From Candidatus Acidiferrales bacterium (lineage in GTDB: Bacteria; Chloroflexota; Dormibacteria; Aeolococcales; Aeolococcaceae): DNA of 64,000 nt. The stretch is taken from assembly GCA_035534435.1 (NCBI GenBank), contig DATLRX010000011.1, positions 5,857-69,856 on the forward strand. Reading direction: 5' to 3'. The translations under genes and the position numbers were made by a program. The number at the start of each line of letters is the position of its first letter. Position 1 is the first letter of the stretch. Of the stretch, positions 31,520 to 40,340 are shown piece after piece. A model generated the notes under the pieces. That model searched no databases. It had not been told where the DNA came from and worked only from the letters and a program-made list of their open reading frames with translations.

Positions 31520-33312
31520 CAGGCGCCGATCTGCACGAGCGGCGCGCGCGGAGCGACGACGGAGCCCTCTATCGCGTACACCTCGGTGATCGTCCCCGCG
31601 CGCGTCGCGGTGATGTCGTTCTGCATCTTCATCGCCTCGAGGACGCAGACGACGTCGCCGAGCGCGACGTGGTCGCCGATCTTGACGTTGACCTTGAGCA
31701 GGAGTCCCTGCATCGGGGACACGACGGTTCCCTCGCGCGCGACGGGTGCCGCCGGCTGCGTCGGCGTGGCGACGGCGCTGACGCCGGTGTCCATGCCACC
31801 GATGATGCGCACCGCGAAGCTCTGTCCATCGACCTCGACGGTGAGCTCGCGCACCGCCACAGGAGGTGCGGCATCGCCCGCGGGCTCTGCGTCGGCATCA
31901 TCGGTGTCCGCCGGCGAGTCGACGACGCCGGCGGCGGGTTCGAGCTCGGGCTCGTCGCCGAGTCGCTCGGCAACCGCCTCGCCGCGCTCGACCGCGAGAA
32001 ACGCGTTGGGGAACAGGGCATACGTGACCAGTGCCTCGGCCGCGGGTGTCGGGTACCCCTCACGCACGAGGTCGCGACGGGTGGCTTCCATCGCGGGCTC
32101 GAGCAGGTCCGCGGGACGGCACGTGATCGGCTCCTCGCGACCGTTGACCAGGCGGCGCACGTCGCGGTCGACGGCCTCCGGCGGGTCGCCGTACAGGCCG
32201 AGGCAGTAGTCCTTGATCTCCTGGCTGATCGTCGCGTAGCGATCACCCTCGACGACGTTGTACACCGCCTGCGTGGCGATGATCTCGGTGAGCGGCGTGA
32301 CCAGTGGCGGATACCCGAGCTCGCGGCGCACCTGCACGACCTCGGCCTCGACATCGGTCAGCTGTCCGATGGCATCGCGCTCACGCAGCTCGGCGATGGC
32401 GTGCCCCATCGCCGACGGCGGCAGCAGCCCGCGCAATGCCGAGGTGTCGAGTCTCGCGGCGAGCGGATCGATGACATCCGCGTAGTGCATGAGCTCGTGC
32501 TCGAGGACGAGCGCCGCGGTCGCGACGCGCTCGAGGTCGAGCCCGCTATCGACTGTCGTTCCCGCGAACCCCGCGATCAGCGCTTCGGCAGCGGGCATGG
32601 ACGCGCCGCCGGCCAGCGGTGACAGCGCGCAGTCGGCGCGGTACGCGCCCGCGACTGCGGCGGCGTGACAGGCGAGCGCCGCCATCCCTGTTTGCGCGGA
32701 GATCGACACCGCCACCGGCACGCCGACGGCCTCGCGGATCGCGCTCACGGCGAGGCCGGCGCTCGCAGCGGTGAGCACACCGAGCGGGTCGTGGAGGCAG
32801 ACGGTGGGATAGCCCGCGTCGACGAGCCGGCGAGCCATCTCACCCAAACCTTCAAGACCGTGCCCCGGTATCTCGTTGTAGACGATGACCCCTTCGGCCT
32901 GTTTCCCCGTTCCGGCGATCGCGATCGCGCAGCGTTCGAGGTTGCGCACGTCGTTGAGGGGGTCGTAGCAGCGGAAGATGTCGACGCCGGCGGCAGCGGC
33001 CGTCTCGATGAATGCGTCGACGAGATCGTCGGGGACCTGGCGATGCCCGACGAGTGACTGGCCGCCGATCATCGCGAGCAGCGGCGTGATCGGCGCGGCC
33101 GCTCGAATCGCGCGCAGACGCGCGAACGGATCCTCAGCGAGGAACCGCAGGGACGCCTCGAACGTCGAGCCGCCGAACACGTCGAGGGCTGCGAATCCGC
33201 AGTGATCGAGGGTTTCGGCGACGGGAAGGGCGTGGCGGAGGCGCAGTCTGCTGACCAGGAGCGACTGTTGCCCGTGGCGGAGCGACGTCTCCACCAATTC
33301 GAGACGGGGCAT
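31519..33312 (-). CDS. OadA/PycB-like carboxyltransferase-fold protein with C-terminal biotinyl domain; catalytic metal ligands substituted
   Basis: It is colinear with oxaloacetate decarboxylase alpha / pyruvate carboxylase B ([36 protein letters not shown]) and has a C-terminal EAMKM biotinylation motif. It reads RHGQQS instead of RD(A/G)HQS, LHDPLG instead of KDM(A/S)G, and SIS instead of HxH. Confidence 0.8.
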   Translation of the reverse strand: MPRLELVETSLRHGQQSLLVSRLRLRHALPVAETLDHCGFAALDVFGGSTFEASLRFLAEDPFARLRAIRAAAPITPLLAMIGGQSLVGHRQVPDDLVDAFIETAAAAGVDIFRCYDPLNDVRNLERCAIAIAGTGKQAEGVIVYNEIPGHGLEGLGEMARRLVDAGYPTVCLHDPLGVLTAASAGLAVSAIREAVGVPVAVSISAQTGMAALACHAAAVAGAYRADCALSPLAGGASMPAAEALIAGFAGTTVDSGLDLERVATAALVLEHELMHYADVIDPLAARLDTSALRGLLPPSAMGHAIAELRERDAIGQLTDVEAEVVQVRRELGYPPLVTPLTEIIATQAVYNVVEGDRYATISQEIKDYCLGLYGDPPEAVDRDVRRLVNGREEPITCRPADLLEPAMEATRRDLVREGYPTPAAEALVTYALFPNAFLAVERGEAVAERLGDEPELEPAAGVVDSPADTDDADAEPAGDAAPPVAVRELTVEVDGQSFAVRIIGGMDTGVSAVATPTQPAAPVAREGTVVSPMQGLLLKVNVKIGDHVALGDVVCVLEAMKMQNDITATRAGTITEVYAIEGSVVAPRAPLVQIGA

Positions 33313-33320
33313 CGCGGGCC

Positions 33321-33326
33321 ATTCTA
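33321..33326 (-). promoter_or_regulatory. -10-like TAGAAT box 8 nt upstream of the PycB-like ATG
   Basis: The minus strand reads TAGAAT-ggcccgcg-ATG, the same hexamer and spacing as at purB. Confidence 0.4.
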
Positions 33327-33348
33327 GTGCTCCGCCCCGGGCTGACCC

Positions 33349-33846
33349 CTATTGCAGGGAGAACCCTTCGGGCAGCTGGACCTTGGCGCGCATCTTCGCG
33401 CGCTGCTCCTTGATCCTCGCGGCGACCTCCTCGTCGAAGAGACCGATGATCTCCGCGGCGAGGTGGCCGGCGTTGCGCGCGCCCATCGGCCCGACCGCGA
33501 CGGTCGCGACCGGGATGCCAGGAGGCATCTGGACGATCGAGAGCAGGGAGTCGAAGCCCGCGAGCGGCGTGGCCGCGAGCGGGACGCCGATGACCGGCAG
33601 GGTGGTCAGTGACGCGAGGACCCCGGGAAGGTGCGCCGCCGCGCCCGCCCCAGCGATGAGGACCCGGAGCCCGCGCTCGTAGGCCGCCTGCCCGTACGAG
33701 CGAACGATGTCGCCGGCCCGATGTGCGGACATGACGCCGATCTCCCAGCCGATGCCGTACTCGTCCAGGACGTCGCCCGACGTGTTCATCACGGGGAGGT
33801 CCGACTCGCTGCCGACGATGATGCCGACACGGAGGACGCCGGTCAT
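33349..33846 (-). CDS. purE: N5-carboxyaminoimidazole ribonucleotide mutase (class I PurE)
   Basis: [12 protein letters not shown] and the SAHR motif (class I type) are present. It overlaps the purD stop by 4 nt. Confidence 0.92.
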   Translation of the reverse strand: MTGVLRVGIIVGSESDLPVMNTSGDVLDEYGIGWEIGVMSAHRAGDIVRSYGQAAYERGLRVLIAGAGAAAHLPGVLASLTTLPVIGVPLAATPLAGFDSLLSIVQMPPGIPVATVAVGPMGARNAGHLAAEIIGLFDEEVAARIKEQRAKMRAKVQLPEGFSLQ

Positions 33847-35138
33847 GCGCGGCTTCCTGCCGTCACCGGACCGCCGATGTCGCTACGGGATTGCAGACCG
33901 TCGAAATGCACGCGCGCAAGGTTGCCATACGCGCGCGTCCGCGCGGTCTCGAGGTCGGGACCGAGCGCGGTCACGCAGAGCACGCGACCACCGGACGTGC
34001 GGAGGGTGCCGTCGCCGTCGCGTCGGGTCCCGGCGTGGAAGCAGAGCACGCCGGGGTCGAGCGACTCGATGCCGGTGATGGGGTCGCCGCGGCGAACATC
34101 GCCCGGATAACCGGCGGCGGCCGCGACGACGCCGACGGCCGCGCCGCCGGAGAGCGCCGTGACACCGGGGCCGACGTCACCACGAGCGCACGCGGTGAAG
34201 AGCGCGAGCGCGGACTCGCCGAGCAGGGGAAGGATCACCTGCGCCTCCGGGTCGCCGAATCGAGCGTTGAACTCGAGCACGCGAGGCCCGTCTGCCGTGA
34301 GCATCAACCCGGCATACAGACATCCGACGAACGGCGTCCCCCGCTCGCGGAGCGCGTCGATGCACGGCTGGAGCACCGTGCGTGCGACCTCGGCGTTGAA
34401 GGACGCTGCGTCAACGTCCGGAGGCGGCGCGATCGATCCCATGCCCCCGGTGTTGGGACCGCGGTCACCATCGAAGATGCGCTTGTGGTCGCGCGCCGGC
34501 GCAAGCGTCCGCACGTGACGGCCGTCGGAGAGTCCGAAGACGCTCACCTCGGGGCCGCTGAGCAACTCCTCGACGATGACGTGCGCTCCCGCGGCACCGA
34601 AACGCCGCTCGCGGAGACACTCGTCGAGCGCGTGCTCAGCCGCGTCGACGCCGTCGCAGAGCAGCACGCCCTTGCCGAGCGCGAGACCGTCGGCCTTCAC
34701 CACGCACGCGCCGCCGAGCTCGGCAACGAACGCGCTCAGGCGCTCGCGATCCTCCCCGCCTCCGGCAACCCATCGTGCCGTCGGAATGCCGGCCTCGCGC
34801 ATCACCGCCTTGGCAAAGGCCTTCGACGACTCGATGCGCGCGGCGGCCGCGGTGGGGCCGAAGACCGCGACGCCGCGCGCAGTGCACGCGTCGGCCACGC
34901 CGGCCGCCGCAGCGGCGTCGGGGCCGATGACGACAAGGTCGACCGCACGGTCGGACGCGAGCCCGGCGACGGCGTCGGGGTCCTCGGCATCGAGCGCCAC
35001 GTTCTCCGCGATATCCGCGGTCCCCCCGTTGCCCGGCGCGACGATGACCTCGACGCCGGGGTCGTCGCGCTTGCACACCCACGCGAGCGCATGCTCGCGG
35101 CCCCCACCCCCGACGATGAGGACTCGCACTACTCCCAC
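33843..35138 (-). CDS. purD: phosphoribosylamine-glycine ligase
   Basis: [15 protein letters not shown] is followed by an ATP-grasp core. The GTG at 35138 overlaps the end of guaA; an alternative GTG lies 9 nt downstream. Confidence 0.93.
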   Translation of the reverse strand: MGVVRVLIVGGGGREHALAWVCKRDDPGVEVIVAPGNGGTADIAENVALDAEDPDAVAGLASDRAVDLVVIGPDAAAAAGVADACTARGVAVFGPTAAAARIESSKAFAKAVMREAGIPTARWVAGGGEDRERLSAFVAELGGACVVKADGLALGKGVLLCDGVDAAEHALDECLRERRFGAAGAHVIVEELLSGPEVSVFGLSDGRHVRTLAPARDHKRIFDGDRGPNTGGMGSIAPPPDVDAASFNAEVARTVLQPCIDALRERGTPFVGCLYAGLMLTADGPRVLEFNARFGDPEAQVILPLLGESALALFTACARGDVGPGVTALSGGAAVGVVAAAAGYPGDVRRGDPITGIESLDPGVLCFHAGTRRDGDGTLRTSGGRVLCVTALGPDLETARTRAYGNLARVHFDGLQSRSDIGGPVTAGSRA

Positions 35139-36715
35139 TCGATGGTCGACGGCGGCTTGCTCGATATGTCGTAGACGACGCGGTTCACGCCGGCCACCTC
35201 GTTGACGATGCGCCGGCTGATGACGGCGAGCACGTCGTACGGGACACGCGACCAGTCCGCCGTCATCCCGTCCTCGCTCTCCACGATGCGCACCGCCACG
35301 ACGTTGCCGTAGGTCCGGAAGTCACCCATGACGCCGACCGACGAGATCGGCGTGAGGATCGCGAACGACTGCCACACCTTGTGATACAGCCCGCTGCGCT
35401 TGACCTCGTCGATGACGACCCAGTCCGCCGCGCGCAGCGTTTCGAGGCGCTCGCGCGTCACCTCGCCGATGATCCGGATCGCGAGTCCCGGACCGGGAAA
35501 CGGTTGCCGGAACACCATGTCCTCAGGGAGCCCGAGCGCGAGCCCGACGTTCCGCACCTCGTCCTTGAACAGGTAGCGCAGCGGTTCGACGAGCTCGAAG
35601 CGCAGGTCCTCGGGAAGACCCCCGACGTTGTGATGCGTCTTGATCTTGGTGGCGTTGTGCGTGTCGTGCGACGTCGATTCGATGACGTCCGGGTACAGCG
35701 TTCCCTGGGCGAGGAAGTCGATCGAGCCGAGCCGCGTCGCCTGCTCCTCGAAGACGCGGATGAACGTGGCACCGATGCGGCGCCGCTTCTCCTCCGGATC
35801 CACGACTCCGGCGAGCGCCTCGAGGAACTGGTCCGACGCGTCGACATGGATGAGGTTGATGTGGCGCTGCGACCGCATGACGTCGATGACCCGCTCGCCC
35901 TCCGCTCGCCGGAGGAGACCGTTGTCGACGAAGACACACGTGAGCTGGTCACCGACAGCGCGGTGCACGAGCGTCGCCGCGACCGCGGAGTCGACGCCGC
36001 CACTGAGCGCGCAGATGACCTTGCCGTCGCTGATCTGGTGGCGGAGCGCGGCGACCGTCATCTCGATGAAGGATGCCGGCGCCCATGTGCCCGCGCAGCC
36101 GCAGACGTCGATGAGGAAGTTGCGCAGAATGTCGCTGCCGAGCGGGGTGTGCGCCACCTCCGGATGGAACTGGATGCCATATCGCTTCCCCGGCCCCGCG
36201 AAGGCCGCGCACACTGAGTTCAGCGAGTGCGCGATCGGCCGGAATCCGGGCGGCACGGACGTGACGACGTCACCGTGCGACATCCAGACGGAGAGCTCCG
36301 CGGGGAGCTTGGTGAACAGCCCGGCAGTCTCGTCGACCGTGACCGACGCGTGCCCGTACTCGCGACGCTCGGCGGGAGCGACAGTTCCACCGAGGTCGAC
36401 GGCAAGCAGGTCCATCCCGTAGCAGATGCCGAGGATCGGGATGTCGAGGTCGTACACGGCCGGATCGGGGTGCGGCGCGCCGCTCTCGAACACCGATGCC
36501 GGACCCCCGCTGAAGATGAGCCCGCGCGGGTTGCTGCGGCGGATCTCTTCCGCGCTGATCGCGCCCGGCACGAGTTCGCAGTACACCTTCGCCTCGCGCA
36601 CGCGGCGCGCGATGAGCTGGCTGTACTGGCTCCCGAAGTCGAGGACGAGGATCGTGTCCTGGGCGATCTGCGCAGGCGAGCGCGCCACCGCGCCTGCGTC
36701 AGTCGCAACCGTCAT
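35129..36715 (-). CDS. guaA: GMP synthase (glutamine-hydrolysing)
   Basis: A GATase domain (ICYGMDLL), the ATP-PPase motif SGGVDS and the C-terminal PPSTIEWE are present. Confidence 0.96.
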   Translation of the reverse strand: MTVATDAGAVARSPAQIAQDTILVLDFGSQYSQLIARRVREAKVYCELVPGAISAEEIRRSNPRGLIFSGGPASVFESGAPHPDPAVYDLDIPILGICYGMDLLAVDLGGTVAPAERREYGHASVTVDETAGLFTKLPAELSVWMSHGDVVTSVPPGFRPIAHSLNSVCAAFAGPGKRYGIQFHPEVAHTPLGSDILRNFLIDVCGCAGTWAPASFIEMTVAALRHQISDGKVICALSGGVDSAVAATLVHRAVGDQLTCVFVDNGLLRRAEGERVIDVMRSQRHINLIHVDASDQFLEALAGVVDPEEKRRRIGATFIRVFEEQATRLGSIDFLAQGTLYPDVIESTSHDTHNATKIKTHHNVGGLPEDLRFELVEPLRYLFKDEVRNVGLALGLPEDMVFRQPFPGPGLAIRIIGEVTRERLETLRAADWVVIDEVKRSGLYHKVWQSFAILTPISSVGVMGDFRTYGNVVAVRIVESEDGMTADWSRVPYDVLAVISRRIVNEVAGVNRVVYDISSKPPSTIEWE

Positions 36716-36736
36716 CGCCGCTGCTCCACCTCGTGG

Positions 36737-37897
36737 TCAGACCCCCATCCCGACGCGCTGCTCACGCTGCTGCACCTTGCCCTCGGTCTTGATCGACGGA
36801 GCGATGACCATCTCGGTCTCCTGGAACTCGGCGATCGTCCGTGCGCCGCAGACGCCCATGGCCGTCTTGAGCGCGCCGACCAGGTTCATGCTGCCGTCGT
36901 CGACATGCGCCGGCCCGTAGAGGATCTCGCGCAGCGCTCCTTTGATACCGGTGCGGATGCGTGTGCCGCGCGGGAGGTTGGGATCCGGCGTCGCCATGCC
37001 CCAGTGGTTGCCGTGACCCGCGGCTTCAGATGCCGCCGCGAAGATGGAGCCGATCATCACCGCATCGGCGCCGCTCGCAAAGGCCTTTGCGACGTCCCCA
37101 CCAAGGCGCATGCCGCCGTCCGTGATGATCACCACCCGCTCACCGCTGCGGCGGTAATGGTCGTCGCGCGCGGCGGCGCAGTCACTCGTCGCCGTGACCT
37201 GCGGAACGCCGACGCCGAGCACCGCCCGGGTCGTGCACGCGGCGCCGGGTCCGACGCCGACGAGGAGTCCCTTGATGCCTGTGTCCATCAGCTCGAGCGC
37301 CGTCGCATAGTCGACGCAGTTGCCGGCGACGACCGGGATGCCGACCGAGTGCGTGAGCTCCGAGAAGGAGAGGTGTTTGTACGACTTGCTGACGTGGCGA
37401 GCCGTCAGCACCGTTCCCTGCACCACGAGCATGTGCGCGCCCGCCTCCTGCACGATCGGCGCCCGGCGCTCCGCATGCGCGGGGATCGTCGACACCGCGC
37501 AGGTCACCCCCGCACTCGTGATCTCCTCGATCCTCTGACCGATGAGTCCGTCCTGCACCGGCGCGCTGTAGATCTTCTGCAGCAGGGTGTTGATCTGATC
37601 CGGCGGGGATTCCGCGATGGTCTGCAACACCTCGGCCGGGTGCTCGTAGCGCGTCTGCACGCCGTCGAGGTTGAGGACCGCCAGGCCACCGAGCCGGCCC
37701 ATCTCCGCTGCGAACGCCGTGTCCACCACGCCATCCATGGCCGCCGCCAGGAACGGGATCTCCAGCGTGGTGCCGTTGACCGCAAACGAAACGTCGATCT
37801 CTGCCGGGTTGACGGTCACCCTGCCGGGGACCAGCGCAACCTCATCGAACCCGTACGCCCTGCGGGCCCGCTTGCCCCTGCCCAATTCGAATTCCAT
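36737..37897 (-). CDS. GuaB3-type IMP dehydrogenase family protein (no CBS insert)
   Basis: 386 aa with FDEVALVPG and GVGPGAACTTR. The length and lack of a CBS pair match the actinobacterial GuaB3 paralogue rather than canonical GuaB. Confidence 0.85.
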   Translation of the reverse strand: MEFELGRGKRARRAYGFDEVALVPGRVTVNPAEIDVSFAVNGTTLEIPFLAAAMDGVVDTAFAAEMGRLGGLAVLNLDGVQTRYEHPAEVLQTIAESPPDQINTLLQKIYSAPVQDGLIGQRIEEITSAGVTCAVSTIPAHAERRAPIVQEAGAHMLVVQGTVLTARHVSKSYKHLSFSELTHSVGIPVVAGNCVDYATALELMDTGIKGLLVGVGPGAACTTRAVLGVGVPQVTATSDCAAARDDHYRRSGERVVIITDGGMRLGGDVAKAFASGADAVMIGSIFAAASEAAGHGNHWGMATPDPNLPRGTRIRTGIKGALREILYGPAHVDDGSMNLVGALKTAMGVCGARTIAEFQETEMVIAPSIKTEGKVQQREQRVGMGV

Positions 37898-37903
37898 CTG
37901 GAG

Positions 37904-37909
37904 ATTCTA
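37904..37909 (-). promoter_or_regulatory. -10-like TAGAAT box 6 nt upstream of the guaB3-like ATG
   Basis: The minus strand reads TAGAAT-ctccag-ATG. Confidence 0.4.
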
Positions 37910-37971
37910 CAGGAGTGACCGGGGAGTCCCGCCTTGGCAGCGCTCCATCTAGTGGAATACCCAAGATCCGA

Positions 37972-37987
37972 CCACCATATCTGGTGG
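37972..37987 (-). terminator. short hairpin downstream of gdh
   Basis: CCACCA-TATC-TGGTGG lies 20 nt after the gdh stop. The stem is weak (6 bp) and is followed by a partly T-containing stretch. Confidence 0.3.
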
Positions 37988-38007
37988 GTCGAACCAGGGC
38001 CAGACGG

Positions 38008-39264
38008 CTACGGGTAGATGCCGCGGACCCGGGTTGCCTCGGCCACCTTCGTGACGGCGATACGGAAGGCCGCGTCGCGAAGGCTGACGTTGTGCTCCAG
38101 GGACTCGCTCCGGACCGCCTGGTAGCTCCGGGTCATCACCTCACGGAGCCGCGCGTTGACCTCACCCGAACCCCAGAAGTACGACTGGATGTCCTGGACC
38201 CACTCGAAGTACGACACGACGACGCCGCCGGCGTTGGCGAGGATGTCCGGAAGGATGAGCACGCCGCGCGCGCTGAGCTCGGCATCCGCCTCGGTTGTGA
38301 GCGGTGCGTTGGCGCCCTCCGCGACAACTTTCGCGCGCACGCGCTCCGCGTTGCGCTGAGTCACCTGCGCCTCGAGCGCCGCGGGAACGAGCAGGTCGAC
38401 ATCGGCGGTGAGGACGTCGTCACGGGCGATCTGCTCCGCGCCACCGTAGTCCGCGAAGTGCCCGCCCTCCTCCTTCAGGTGCCGGAGCGCGCTCAGGTCG
38501 AGCCCTTCGGCGCGGTAGAGGCCGCACGTGCTGTCGGACACGGCGACGACGCGCATTCCCTCGGCCGCCAGCAGCTCCGCGCTGACGGCGCCAACCTTGC
38601 CGTATCCCTGGATCGCGACCGTCGCACCGGACGGGTCCATTCCCGCGTCACGCATCGCGAGCACGGTGACCATCGTCAGCCCGCGACCGGGACCGGTGAA
38701 CCGTCCCTCGGATCCGCCGATCGACTGCGGCTTGCCGGTGACGGACGCCGGCACGGAGAAGCCCGCGTGCATCGACAGCGTGTCCATGATCCACGCCATC
38801 ACCTGCGGGCCCGTCCCCAGGTCGGGTGCCGGTATGTCGCGGTCCCGACCGACGATGAGCGAGATCTCGGTGGTGAAACGCCGTGTCAGGCGCTCCAGCT
38901 CGTTGAGGCTCAGCGAGTGCGGGTCGCAGACGACGCCTCCCTTCGCACCGCCGAACGGGAGGTCCGCCACGGCCGTCTTCCACGTCATGTACATGGCCAG
39001 AGCACGCGCGTCGTCGAGGGTCATCGCCGGGTGGTAACGCAGTCCCCCTTTCGCCGGTCCCCGGGCGATGTTGTGCTGGACGCGAAACCCCGTGAAGACC
39101 TCGAAGGAGCCGTCGTCCATCTCGACCGGGAAGTGCACCACAAGCTCGCGTTTGACCTCGCGCAGCACTGCGCGCGCTGAATCGTCCAACCCGATGGCGT
39201 CGGCGGTGGCGTCGAACTGCCGCTGAGCAATGCTCAGGGCGGAGCGCTCATTGGTCCCGGACAT
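38008..39264 (-). CDS. gdhA: Glu/Leu/Phe/Val-family glutamate dehydrogenase
   Basis: The catalytic-lysine region PFGGAKGG and the Rossmann motif IQGYGKVG are present; 418 aa. Confidence 0.9.
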   Translation of the reverse strand: MSGTNERSALSIAQRQFDATADAIGLDDSARAVLREVKRELVVHFPVEMDDGSFEVFTGFRVQHNIARGPAKGGLRYHPAMTLDDARALAMYMTWKTAVADLPFGGAKGGVVCDPHSLSLNELERLTRRFTTEISLIVGRDRDIPAPDLGTGPQVMAWIMDTLSMHAGFSVPASVTGKPQSIGGSEGRFTGPGRGLTMVTVLAMRDAGMDPSGATVAIQGYGKVGAVSAELLAAEGMRVVAVSDSTCGLYRAEGLDLSALRHLKEEGGHFADYGGAEQIARDDVLTADVDLLVPAALEAQVTQRNAERVRAKVVAEGANAPLTTEADAELSARGVLILPDILANAGGVVVSYFEWVQDIQSYFWGSGEVNARLREVMTRSYQAVRSESLEHNVSLRDAAFRIAVTKVAEATRVRGIYP

Positions 39265-39275
39265 GAACAGGCCGC

Positions 39276-39281
39276 ACTATA
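39276..39281 (-). promoter_or_regulatory. -10-like TATAGT box 11 nt upstream of the gdh ATG
   Basis: The minus strand reads TATAGT-gcggcctgttc-ATG, in a locally AT-richer intergenic region. Confidence 0.35.
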
Positions 39282-39473
39282 CGCAACAAGGCAGACATTT
39301 GTGGCGCTCCGGACCCGTCGGATTGGGGACGTCAACGCGGCGTGTAGTTGCCTGCCCTGGCAGCAACGCAACGCGCAATCATTGACAATCACGTTCACAA
39401 GCAGCATGCTATGCACGATCGACAGGAGGTTTTGGACATCACCTGTCACAAACATCAAGGAGGCCCATAGGAT

Positions 39474-40262
39474 ATGGCCAGGACCAGACGTAGGAGAGGC
39501 GGCGTCGAGAAGGCCGTCAAACGCACCGTGAGGCGCGTAGGGACGACAGCTCGCCGCCGCGCACCCGCCGCTGGTGGCGATCTCGTCAAGGCGGTACACA
39601 ATCTCGTGAAAGCATTGCCTGTCGGCGAGCTCGAGAAGCGCCTTGCGGGCCTCGAGAAGACTGTCGCGCGGCTCGAAGTGAGCCTGCGTGGTGCAGCTCG
39701 TCGCGCAACGACCGCCGTCCGTGGTGGCAAGCGCACGACTGCTAAACGCGCGACGGCCAAGCGTGCCACCGCAAAGCGGTCCACCGCGAAGCGCGCCGGC
39801 GCAAAGAAGACGACGGCTCGTAAGACCACCGCGCGCAAGACCGGGGCGCGCAAGACAGCAGCGCGCAAGACCACAGCCCGTAAGACCACGGCGCGCAAGA
39901 CCACAGCCCGTAAGACCACAGCCCGTAAGACCACCGCTCGCAAGCCGGCGGCCCGCAAGACCACGGCCCGCAAGACCACCGCTCGCAAGACCACCGCGCG
40001 CAAGCCGGCGGCTCGCAAGACCACCGCGCGTAAGACCACGGCTCGCAAGACCACGGCGCGTAAGACCACGGCTCGCAAGACCACGGCTCGTAAGACCACC
40101 GCGCGCAAGCCGGCGGCAGCCCGTAAGACCACCGCGCGCAAGACCACGGCTCGCAAGCCGGCGGCGGCGCGTAAGCCCGTGACCCGTCGTCGGGTCGCTC
40201 GCAAGTCCGTCGCAGCAGCTCCGCCTGCAGCGGCACCCGCGGCGACGACGACCACCTCGTAG
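39474..40262 (+). CDS. highly basic repeat protein (about 30 K-T-T-A-R-type pentapeptides), histone-H1/HC2-like
   Basis: A strong SD (AAGGAGG) lies 10 nt upstream of the ATG. The N-terminal roughly 85 aa are helical (LVKAVHNLVKALPVGELEKRLAGLEKTVARLE). They are followed by TAKRA x4 and K(T/P)(T/A)AR repeats. Confidence 0.8.
   Translation: MARTRRRRGGVEKAVKRTVRRVGTTARRRAPAAGGDLVKAVHNLVKALPVGELEKRLAGLEKTVARLEVSLRGAARRATTAVRGGKRTTAKRATAKRATAKRSTAKRAGAKKTTARKTTARKTGARKTAARKTTARKTTARKTTARKTTARKTTARKPAARKTTARKTTARKTTARKPAARKTTARKTTARKTTARKTTARKTTARKTTARKPAAARKTTARKTTARKPAAARKPVTRRRVARKSVAAAPPAAAPAATTTTS
39729..40181 (+). repeat. in-frame 15-bp tandem repeat array (coding)
   Basis: aagaccac(g/c)gc(t/g)cg(c/t)-type units are repeated about 30 times. 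PAARK variant units are interspersed, giving a 60-bp higher-order period in part of the array. Confidence 0.9.
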
Positions 40263-40340
40263 GTCGCTTCGGTCAGCGACTGACCAAACGTCTTCTCGAA
40301 GGCCTCCGGCCGGTGCCGGGGGCCTTCGTCGTGTTCGCGC

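Noticed and set aside
7307-33312. KorAB plus a carboxylase as evidence for a reductive TCA cycle.
   Set aside because: No ATP-citrate lyase, fumarate reductase or other rTCA markers are in the window. KorAB is common in aerobic actinobacteria, and the carboxyltransferase here looks non-canonical. The evidence is insufficient.
39729-40181. A possible CRISPR array or non-coding satellite.
   Set aside because: The units are only 15 bp, directly abutting with no spacers. They are in frame and encode a regular pentapeptide. No cas genes are nearby.
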